DNA from: Aquificota bacterium
Lineage (GTDB): Bacteria; Aquificota; Aquificia; Aquificales; QOAS01
Reading direction: 5' to 3'
NCBI GenBank assembly: GCA_026987085.1
Contig: JALSNH010000145.1
Span: 1 to 36,477, forward strand
Length of the DNA: 36,477 nucleotides
In this document: one piece after another, positions 16,532-24,129 of the stretch
Numbering within the stretch: the stretch's first letter is position 1
Layout: each line of letters begins with the position of its first letter
Translations under genes and position numbers: made by a program
The notes under the pieces: generated by a model
Seen by the model: only the letters and a program-made list of their open reading frames with translations
The model's database searches: none
Told to the model about the DNA's origin: nothing

Positions 16532-17251
16532 TTAGAGGTTTATCTCCACACTTTCACCCGGTTTAACAATTATTACTTGCGCATCTACACATGGATTCTC
16601 TTCCACAGCCTTTTTAAATTCCTCGGGATTTTGTGCGATGGGAGGCCAGGTGTTGTAGTGCATAGGAATGGCTATTTTCGGTTTTACAAATTCAACAGCT
16701 TTAACCGCCTCGGGAATACCCATAGTAAAGAGGCTTCCTATCGGGGTTAGCATCACATCGGGTCTATAAAGTTCTCCGATAAGTTTCATATCGCCAAAAA
16801 GTGCGGTATCGCCGGTGTGGTAGACCCTTACACCATCTAAATCGATAACCACACCCGCCGGATTTCCAAGGTAGATAGGCTCGCCGTTATCCTTTATAAG
16901 AGAGCTTGAGTGAACCGCTGGAGTGTAGACCATTTTTACACCTTCCACTTCAAACCATCCTCCGATGTTGCAACCGACCGTGTTTTTTGCTCCATTTGCC
17001 GCCAAATATTGGGCAACTTCGAACAAACCGACTATGGGAGTTCCCTTTCTACCGAAATCGAGAGCGTTCTCTATGTGGTCGAAGTGCCCGTGGGTAATTA
17101 CAACAAGGTCGACCTTATCGAGCAAACTATCGAGGGTAATACCGGCCTCTTGGGCCTGCGGGTTGGAGGTGATAAAGGGGTCTATTAAAACGGTTTTGGA
17201 ACCTTCAATAAGCCAAGTGGCGTGCCCTACAAAGGTTAGTTTTACTCCCAT
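16532..17251 (-). CDS. Metallo-beta-lactamase-fold hydrolase (UPF0173-like)
   Basis: GHA, IDPF, THGHFDH, HSS, YHTGDT, PMHYNTW. Confidence 0.93.
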   Translation of the reverse strand: MGVKLTFVGHATWLIEGSKTVLIDPFITSNPQAQEAGITLDSLLDKVDLVVITHGHFDHIENALDFGRKGTPIVGLFEVAQYLAANGAKNTVGCNIGGWFEVEGVKMVYTPAVHSSSLIKDNGEPIYLGNPAGVVIDLDGVRVYHTGDTALFGDMKLIGELYRPDVMLTPIGSLFTMGIPEAVKAVEFVKPKIAIPMHYNTWPPIAQNPEEFKKAVEENPCVDAQVIIVKPGESVEINL

Positions 17252-17319
17252 AGTAGTTTTTAATAACCTTTAAAACCAAAATTGGCAAGGAAAAAACTTG
17301 TTAGGAAAAAGAAAAAAAA

Positions 17320-17844
17320 TCACTTTTTATGGGTGAAATATAGAGCTAAAGAAATCATCAGAACACCAAAAGCTACATAAACCGTGTCAAGAGGACTTTT
17401 AAATTCCAAATGGAGTACCTGTTTAAAGAAAGCTACAATAAGAACCATAATAACTAAACGGCCTAATTTCTCTTTTAAATCTTCCAAACTTTTGATAACT
17501 AAAACCCTTTGGCCGAGAGGATCGTTTTCCGCAGGGTCAATTTTAGAAATAAAAAGTTCATAGAGACCTAAGGAGAAAACAAGTAGAAAAGTTCCTATAA
17601 GGAATATATCAACCGACGCAATAACTATTGAGAGTATTTTGGAATAAAAGGCTTCGTAAGAAGGAGAGGAGAAAAAGAGATACACCAAATGTATTACCTC
17701 GTACAATCCAACCAAAAAGAGGATTAACGCCGAAATCAGAGAGGCTATAACGGCAAGAAACACCAGCCATCTGGTATTCCACAGGAAGCTTTCAAAAAAT
17801 AACTCAACTCTTCTCGAAAAGGAAATTTGCTCTTTTTTTTCCAT
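17320..17844 (-). CDS. YqhA/UPF0114 membrane protein
   Basis: Four hydrophobic helices; GLYELFISKID and SLEDLKEKL motifs. Confidence 0.88.
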   Translation of the reverse strand: MEKKEQISFSRRVELFFESFLWNTRWLVFLAVIASLISALILFLVGLYEVIHLVYLFFSSPSYEAFYSKILSIVIASVDIFLIGTFLLVFSLGLYELFISKIDPAENDPLGQRVLVIKSLEDLKEKLGRLVIMVLIVAFFKQVLHLEFKSPLDTVYVAFGVLMISLALYFTHKK

Positions 17845-17899
17845 AAGTTGGTAAAACTATACCTGTTGTGCGAGGTTCGTCAAATATTTATAACTTCAA

Positions 17900-19036
17900 A
17901 TGTTTCAGATAAAGAAAAATCCAAAGGACTTTTTTGTAAAAGAGATATTGGAAATTCCTTTTAAGGATAAAGGGGAGTATGCCTACTTTAGGTTAAAAAA
18001 GGTAGATAGAAACACCGTAGATGTTATAAGAGAACTCGCCCAAAAATGGAAAATACCGGTAAAAAATATAACCTTTGCGGGATTGAAGGATAAAAACGCG
18101 ATTACAGAACAATATATAGCCGTAAAAGGTCTAAAAAATATTCCAAAAACTTTGGAAGGTGAAGGTTATAAATTAACCTTTTTAGGTTTTTACGATAAAC
18201 CTTTGGAACTCGGCGAGTTTAAAGGCAATTATTTTGAAATAATTGTAAGAAATGTTAGCAAAAGGGAAAGAGAACGAGCTGAAAAGAATATAGAATTTGT
18301 TCAAAAATATGGCTTTGCTAACTATTTTGGAGAACAAAGGTTCGGTTCTATCAAAAATGCAAAAGAGTTTTTAATCAAATACCTTTTAAATCACGATTAT
18401 GAAGGGGCATTAAAGGAATACCTGCTTTCCTACAGCGATTGGAAAATTAAAAGAAAGTTAAAAAAACTTTGGGGGCGTTGGAAAGACTTTCTAAGGGTAA
18501 TGCCCAAGGGGGCTACCTACGAAAGGAAGGTTGTAGAGGAACTTTCTAAGGGGGTATCTTTTAAACAGGCGTTTATGGCACTTCCCAAAAATGTCCGTCT
18601 AATGTTTGCCTTCACCTATCAAAGTTATCTGTGGAACCGCTACCTTTATAGGTTTATCGTTCGCTATTTTTCCTACTGCGAAGTTCCAAGTGGAATAAAA
18701 AATTGGACCTATGCCTTTTACAACAAAATGAATGACCGAATTTTTGAGGAGATAAAAGATTTGGAAATTCCCTATTTGGGAATTGAACATAAACCTTCCT
18801 CACCAAAAGTGGAAAGGATAATAAAGGAAGTCCTCGAAGAGGAAGGTATAACACCCTCCATCCTTCAGGAGGAAAGAATAGGAATAAAACTCTTTTCGGA
18901 TGGAATTAGAAAGGCTATAGCTCTTCCACAAAACTTAAATTTGGAAAGGTTAGGAAGGGCTACGGTAAAAGTTTCCTTTATACTCCCTCCCGGAAGCTAT
19001 GCTACGGTTTTACTAAAAAAAATCTTCCTCTGTTAG
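17900..19036 (+). CDS. truD: tRNA pseudouridine(13) synthase
   Basis: DFFVKE, AGLKDKNAITEQ, NYFGEQRFG, YQSYLWN, LPPGSYAT. Confidence 0.96.
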   Translation: MFQIKKNPKDFFVKEILEIPFKDKGEYAYFRLKKVDRNTVDVIRELAQKWKIPVKNITFAGLKDKNAITEQYIAVKGLKNIPKTLEGEGYKLTFLGFYDKPLELGEFKGNYFEIIVRNVSKRERERAEKNIEFVQKYGFANYFGEQRFGSIKNAKEFLIKYLLNHDYEGALKEYLLSYSDWKIKRKLKKLWGRWKDFLRVMPKGATYERKVVEELSKGVSFKQAFMALPKNVRLMFAFTYQSYLWNRYLYRFIVRYFSYCEVPSGIKNWTYAFYNKMNDRIFEEIKDLEIPYLGIEHKPSSPKVERIIKEVLEEEGITPSILQEERIGIKLFSDGIRKAIALPQNLNLERLGRATVKVSFILPPGSYATVLLKKIFLC

Positions 19037-19124
19037 TCATTTTTCTATAAATAACAAATTTTACTAAACTTTAGACAGTGGCCATTCCGAGAGTTAAAAG
19101 TAGCTACTATCAAAGTACTTTTAC

Positions 19125-19153
19125 TTGACTTATTGCATTTAAAATCGTAATAT
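19125..19153 (+). promoter_or_regulatory. Sigma70-type promoter for the lipoprotein/NlpC-P60 pair
   Basis: TTGACT-17 bp-TAATAT, with an overlapping TATAAT at 19151-19156; SD AAGGAGGT before ATG 19199. Confidence 0.6.
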
Positions 19154-19198
19154 AATTTTAATCAATAAAAATTCATCCTTTAAATAAAGGAGGTTAAA

Positions 19199-19573
19199 AT
19201 GTTTAGAAAAAAAATTTTTTTGCTATCCAGCGTGGGTATTTTGTTTTTTCTAAACAATTGTGGAGGTAGCGATAAAAAGCCTGAAGATGTTGTAAAAGAT
19301 GTTGAATACTCCCTTTGTGAAGGGAAAATAGATAAACAGGATGTTACTATGCGAACACAGAAATTGCTTAGTATGTTGCCGTTAAATGAATATGCTAAAC
19401 TATGTAAAAAGAGAAAAGGTATAGCTGATATAAAGGTAGAGACTCATAAAATAAATGATACTACCTTGGAATATACAGCTTTAATAAAATTTGGTGATGG
19501 CACTGAAACCACGGATCATGGTTATATAGTAAAGACTAATGAAGGGTGGAAACTAGATGTAAAAAAGCAATAG
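19199..19573 (+). CDS. Putative lipoprotein, DUF4878/NTF2-like fold
   Basis: Basic N-terminus, hydrophobic stretch, Cys21 (atypical lipobox LNNC), PEDVVK and a C-terminal FGDG...VKTNEGWKL pattern. Confidence 0.65.
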   Translation: MFRKKIFLLSSVGILFFLNNCGGSDKKPEDVVKDVEYSLCEGKIDKQDVTMRTQKLLSMLPLNEYAKLCKKRKGIADIKVETHKINDTTLEYTALIKFGDGTETTDHGYIVKTNEGWKLDVKKQ

Positions 19574-20043
19574 AAGCTATTAAGCAACAATTAGATACAG
19601 GTGATATTCTATTGCGTAAAGGCTTTGGGTTATTAAGTACTTTAATTAGTCTTTTTTTTAAAATTCCTTATTCACATGTTGGTTTAGTTATTAAAACTGC
19701 AAATGGTATTCGGGTATATGATATGCAGCCTGGTAGATATCGCCCTCTTGCTTTTTCTACTTTTGAAAAATTTTTCTATGGAAGTAAAAGACTTGAAATA
19801 ATATTTTTCTCTAAATTTTTAACAAAACAAGAAAAAAAATGCATAATACGTGAAGTTCAATATTTTTATAATAAAAAGCCTAAGTATGATTATACTTTCT
19901 CACGAGGGGAGGATAAACTGTTTTGTTTAGAATTTGTATATTTAGTATTAAAACGTTGTAAACTTATTAAAAAATTTAAAAAAGTATACAAATCTTCTAA
20001 ATATTTTAGAATGCTAAAACATTTTGATAACCTACTCAAATAA
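19546..20043 (+). CDS. Permuted papain-like NlpC/P60 (YiiX/YaeF/YebB, C92-like) amidase
   Basis: GDILLRKG, YSHVG (His precedes Cys), YDYTF, LFCLEFV; GTG start overlaps the lipoprotein gene. Confidence 0.75.
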   Translation: METRCKKAIEAIKQQLDTGDILLRKGFGLLSTLISLFFKIPYSHVGLVIKTANGIRVYDMQPGRYRPLAFSTFEKFFYGSKRLEIIFFSKFLTKQEKKCIIREVQYFYNKKPKYDYTFSRGEDKLFCLEFVYLVLKRCKLIKKFKKVYKSSKYFRMLKHFDNLLK

Positions 20044-20089
20044 CATGTTTCCACATAATATCTCAAAAAAAATCCAATTAAAAATTATT

Positions 20090-20603
20090 TAATTCTTAAA
20101 GAGCTTAAAGTGGAAGCGGATAAAGTTTGGTCGGATAGCTTTAATCTATTTTTCAATTTCAAAAAATTATTAAATCCTCTTTTTGCACTCCCAAACTAAG
20201 AAAGTTTTATAACCTAATTTGGAAAAGCCAAGCTATTCGCCATTAAAACGGTAAAACAATCCTTCCATCCTCGTTAAGGAAACTATAGAAATCTCTTCGC
20301 CCGACAAGAACAAGGTTATAACCCTAGATTTGGGAGAAATCCATCTGTTTATAAGTTTTGATGGAAAGAGGTTTTGATCTGGAACGGAAGGCTTTTAAGG
20401 AGCTACAAACAGTTAAAGCTAAAGCTAATAGCGTTAAGACAGAAGCTAAAATGGGCTAAATATGATTTTAGCTAACATATAGGGATAGGGTAGGAGTAAT
20501 AAACTCATTCAAAAGGTTTATGGGAAAAGTATCGGGGGGCTTTAGGTTCTTTGTAGATGGAGTGATATACCCTCGGGGAGGTAAGCTACCCCCCGAGTAG
20601 CTA
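20090..20603 (+). pseudogene. tnpB: Fragmented IS200/IS605-family tnpB with frameshifts, stops and large internal deletions
   Basis: Colinear TnpB-like peptides in different frames: LKELKVEADKVW (~20095-20130), LHSQT (20183-20197), FYNLIWKSQAIR, RuvC-I DLGEIH (20327-20344), WNGRLLRS, RuvC-III YRDRVGVIN (20478-20504). Confidence 0.78.
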
Positions 20604-20658
20604 GGAATGGATTACTCCCATTCCGAGAAATTCCCTGCTTTAGCGAGTGGAATGTCAT
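20572..20658 (+). mobile_element. IS200/IS605 right end / omega-RNA scaffold remnant
   Basis: Hairpins CTCGGGG-A-GGTA-AGC-TACC-CCCCGAG and GGAATGG-ATTACTC-CCATTCC, then GAAATTCCCTGCTTTAGCGAGTGGAATGTCA, which resembles IS605-type subterminal ends. Confidence 0.7.
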
Positions 20659-20669
20659 CGGTATCCACA

Positions 20670-21575
20670 CTAATACCTCCAAAAGGTTTCCCTTATTTTA
20701 CCAAAGAGTCTTTTTGCAAGTTCCAAAAGCCTTGCTATTCTTTTATCGGTCGGAGGGTGGGTAGAAAAAAGTTCTGCCAAAAAGTCTCCTTTTAAAGGGT
20801 TAACTATAAAAAGGTGGCTGGTGGACGGCTTTATTTCTTGTTTTACAAGCTCTTGAGGAATCCGTCTTGAATAGTCTTCAAGCTTCTTTAAGGCACTGGC
20901 CAAGGCTTCAGGTTTGCCGGAAATTATCCCTCCTGTTTCATCGGCTTTATACTCCCTTGCCCTTGAAATTGCCATCTGAATTATTGCTGCAGCTATGGGA
21001 GCTAGAATAATCATTAAAATAAGGCTTACTACTTCAAGCCACCCTCCTCCTTCCTCTTCATCTCTATTTCCTCCAAAGAGTAAAAACCACTGTGCCATGT
21101 CGGCGAGCATGGTAATCGCACCTGCTATTGTTGCTGCAACTGCTTGAATTAGGGTATCCCTGTTTTTTATATGGGAAATTTCGTGAGCAAGGACTCCTTC
21201 AAGCTCATCTTCGTTTAGGAGTTCCGCTATTTTAGGAGTTATAACCACAACCCCGTGCTTAGGGTTTCTTCCCGTTGCAAAGGCGTTGGGAACGTCCATA
21301 GGAGCAATTCCCACTTTCGGTTTAGGGATGCCGGCATTTTTTGCAAGCTTTTCAACAACTTGGTGAAGCCAGGGAGCTTCTTCTTCTGACAGAAGCTTAA
21401 CTTTGTATATAGAAAGAACTATCTTGTCTGAGAAGAACCAGCTTCCAAAATTCATAATAGCAGCTATAAAGAGGGCTATGACCATACCGGTGTTTCCCCC
21501 GAGTAGCTTACCGAAAACAAGAAGAATTCCCGTTAGAAAACCAAGAAGAATAACCGTCTTTAGGTTATTCCACAT
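20670..21575 (-). CDS. htpX: Zinc metalloprotease HtpX
   Basis: PNAFATGRNP, HEISH (HExxH), SRAREYKAD, FSTHPP; SD AAGGAGG. Confidence 0.97.
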   Translation of the reverse strand: MWNNLKTVILLGFLTGILLVFGKLLGGNTGMVIALFIAAIMNFGSWFFSDKIVLSIYKVKLLSEEEAPWLHQVVEKLAKNAGIPKPKVGIAPMDVPNAFATGRNPKHGVVVITPKIAELLNEDELEGVLAHEISHIKNRDTLIQAVAATIAGAITMLADMAQWFLLFGGNRDEEEGGGWLEVVSLILMIILAPIAAAIIQMAISRAREYKADETGGIISGKPEALASALKKLEDYSRRIPQELVKQEIKPSTSHLFIVNPLKGDFLAELFSTHPPTDKRIARLLELAKRLFGKIRETFWRY

Positions 21576-21918
21576 GAATAACCTCCTTGATAAATATTGA
21601 TTTTTGCATTCTCTTACATATAGAAATTAAAAGCTTTTATACACGATAGTTTAAGAACTTTAATAGAGAAAGTCTTTACTAAGGTTTTCTACTTTCTTTA
21701 CAACTTGTGTTAACTTAGTAATAAACATTAGCTACTTAATAAAGGTCTTCTATCGGTTTGCTTTCAAAGTAGAAATTTTCCTTTCAAAGTTTGTGTAAAT
21801 TAGCACCAAAGTTGACTCTTTATTAAACCCCCTTTTCCCTGTAAGGGGTATATTTTCAATCTTTAACCGAAAAAGTTATAATAAAAAGATTTGCTAAAAA
21901 AAAGAGGGAGGTTAAAAA

Positions 21919-22197
21919 GTGGCAAACACAAAAAGTGCAAAAAAAGCTGCAAGGCAGAACATAAAAAGGAGATTAAGAAATAGATATCACCTTTCTAGAA
22001 TGAAGACCTATATTAAAAAGTTTCGCAAAATGATAGAGGAAGGTAAGTTAGAAGAAGCCAAAAAATTCCTTCCTGAAGTTCAAAAAATAATAATGCACAC
22101 CTGGAGTAAAGGTGTTATTACCAAAAAAGAAGCCTCCAGAAGGATCTCTAGAGTTTATGAAATATTGAACAAAGCTCTTAAATCTACCCAGCAGTAG
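21919..22197 (+). CDS. rpsT: 30S ribosomal protein S20
   Basis: MANTKSAKK..RN...SRMKTYIKK...KGVI.K..ASR; SD GGGAGG before GTG. Confidence 0.96.
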   Translation: MANTKSAKKAARQNIKRRLRNRYHLSRMKTYIKKFRKMIEEGKLEEAKKFLPEVQKIIMHTWSKGVITKKEASRRISRVYEILNKALKSTQQ

Positions 22198-22241
22198 ATA
22201 AGTGTTTGCTTATTTTTTTGACTATTTTAAAATTCGGCTGT

Positions 22242-22982
22242 ATGAAGAAAACACTAATAGCTTTATCTTTGGCTTCACTCTGTTTTGCAGGGGAGCACGG
22301 CGGAAATACTCAATGGGGTTATGAAGGTTCGATAGGTCCTAAACACTGGGGGGATTTATCTCCCCAATTTATTATGTGTAAAATAGGAAAAAACCAATCT
22401 CCGGTGGATATAAACATTAAAGATACAGTCAAAGCCTGTTTAAAACCTATAAAGTTCAACTACATTGCAGATGCCAGATATGTTGTAAATAATGGTCATA
22501 CCATAAAGGTAATCACCACCGGTCAAAGTTATATAGTTGTAGATGGTAAAAGGTTTTATCTAAGGCAGTTCCACTTTCATGCTCCCAGCGAGCATACAGT
22601 TAATGGTAAATATTACCCCTTTGAGGCTCATTTGGTTCATATCGATAAAAATGGAAACATAGCGGTTATTGGTATCCTTTTTAAGTTAGGGAAAGAAAAC
22701 GGTGAATTAGCAAAAATTTGGAAAAATATGCCCCAACAGGTCGGCAAAAAGGTTGCATTAACTTCTAAAGTAAATCCTTATCTACTTTTACCAAAAAATA
22801 AAGAGTACTACCGTTATAGTGGTTCTTTAACAACCCCTCCCTGCAGTGAGGGAGTTAGATGGTTTATTTTTAAAGAGCCGGTAGAGCTTTCCAAAGACCA
22901 ACTTGCAAAGTTTAAAAAGGTGATGGGTTTTCCTAACAATAGACCGGTTCAGCCTATAAATGCAAGAAAAATATTAAAGTAG
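22242..22982 (+). CDS. cah: Secreted alpha-carbonic anhydrase
   Basis: Signal peptide MKKTLIAL..., WGY, GKNQSP, NNGHT, QFHFH, EAHLVH, GSLTTPPCSEGV, NNRPVQP. Start set at ATG 22242. Confidence 0.96.
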   Translation: MKKTLIALSLASLCFAGEHGGNTQWGYEGSIGPKHWGDLSPQFIMCKIGKNQSPVDINIKDTVKACLKPIKFNYIADARYVVNNGHTIKVITTGQSYIVVDGKRFYLRQFHFHAPSEHTVNGKYYPFEAHLVHIDKNGNIAVIGILFKLGKENGELAKIWKNMPQQVGKKVALTSKVNPYLLLPKNKEYYRYSGSLTTPPCSEGVRWFIFKEPVELSKDQLAKFKKVMGFPNNRPVQPINARKILK

Positions 22983-23061
22983 GTTGAAAATTTTTAAAAA
23001 ACCTTTTAAGTTTTTTTCTTCCTATCAACGGTGTTTCAAACAGAGTTTATAACAATAACTT

Positions 23062-24129
23062 ATGTCCCGTTGGATTATTGACGCTTCAATTTGTGGAGAA
23101 ACGGCGGTAAAAACTGCACTTTTACTGAGCTCAATTTTGGGAGTTTCTGTAGAAATAAAAAATATAAATTCAAAAAAAAGCCCTTCGGGATTAAATGGTA
23201 CCCTTTTAAAGTTAATAAAAGCCCTTAAATATATTACTACCGCTTCGGTAGAAGGTTTTTACGAAGGATCCACAAATGTAGTTTTTGAACCTAAAACTTT
23301 AAAAAGTGGCGCTTACAGGATAAATCTTAAGGAGGATGAAAGTATTTCTGAACTTTTACAGGTTATCTTACCTATTTCAATTTTTGTTCCCAAAAGATTT
23401 CTCATAGCCATAAAAGGTGGAACGGACATAGAAGGATTTCCTACGATAGATTGGATAGAAAATGTATTTCTTCCTTCTTTGGAAAGTTTGTTTAAAAGTA
23501 TCTCCTTAAGGGTTTTTAGAAGAGGTTTTGCTCCAAAAGGAGGAGGTGTTATTTCCCTTCAAGTGGAGAGCTTTCTTTCCAATCCCCTTTACGGTTTGGA
23601 AGAAGTTAAAACCTTTTTAAGTTCGAGGGTAAACTTTTACCGAACCGAAAAAGGAAGAATCCTAAAAATTAGAGGTGTATCGGTAGCTCACAAATATCTT
23701 CAAGAAAGAAAAGTTGCGGAAAGGCAACGATTAGGAGCGGTTGAGTATATTAAGGAAAAGTGGAATCGAAAAAGCTCGATAAACAATTATTACGTTGATG
23801 CCGATAGTATAGGAACCTCTATAACCCTCTGGCTAACCGACGAAAAGGGAAATATAATAGGTTCCTACGCATTTGGGAAAAAAGGAAAACTGGCCGAAAT
23901 AGTTGGTCGGGAAGCCGCGGAAAATCTAGTAAAAACTTGGGAATCGGGGGCAACAATCGATCAAACAGCGGCTGAGTATTTGATTCCTTTACTTAGCCTA
24001 ACTGGTGGGGAGATAAAGGTGGACTTTTTAAATAATCGAATATTGAAAGCGTTAGAAGTTGCAACTATCTTAACCGGAGCAACATTTGAAATAGATGAAA
24101 CTGAAAAAATCATAAAAGTAAAAAATTAA
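23062..24129 (+). CDS. RNA 3'-terminal phosphate cyclase (RtcA)-fold protein, apparently catalytically degenerate
   Basis: Retains KGGTD..PTID, RRGFAPKGGG, VAERQ and GKKGKLAEIVG, but lacks GEGGGQILR, RxxPGLxxQH, DQL and the nucleophilic His. Confidence 0.85.
   Translation: MSRWIIDASICGETAVKTALLLSSILGVSVEIKNINSKKSPSGLNGTLLKLIKALKYITTASVEGFYEGSTNVVFEPKTLKSGAYRINLKEDESISELLQVILPISIFVPKRFLIAIKGGTDIEGFPTIDWIENVFLPSLESLFKSISLRVFRRGFAPKGGGVISLQVESFLSNPLYGLEEVKTFLSSRVNFYRTEKGRILKIRGVSVAHKYLQERKVAERQRLGAVEYIKEKWNRKSSINNYYVDADSIGTSITLWLTDEKGNIIGSYAFGKKGKLAEIVGREAAENLVKTWESGATIDQTAAEYLIPLLSLTGGEIKVDFLNNRILKALEVATILTGATFEIDETEKIIKVKN

Noticed and set aside
17851..17879. GTAAAACTAT...TGCGAGGTTCG resembling the repeat family
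   Set aside because: Only partial similarity and no intact stem; needs a covariance-model score before it can be counted.
20607..20795. 62-aa plus-strand ORF
   Set aside because: It spans the IS right-end hairpins and is antisense to the htpX 3' end; better explained as non-coding.
21800..21830. TTAGCAC half-site suggesting CIRCE or a sigma54 promoter near htpX (similar TTAGCA upstream of rpoD)
   Set aside because: The second CIRCE arm (GAGTGCTAA at 9-bp spacing) is absent, and the invariant sigma54 GG/GC dinucleotides are not both present.
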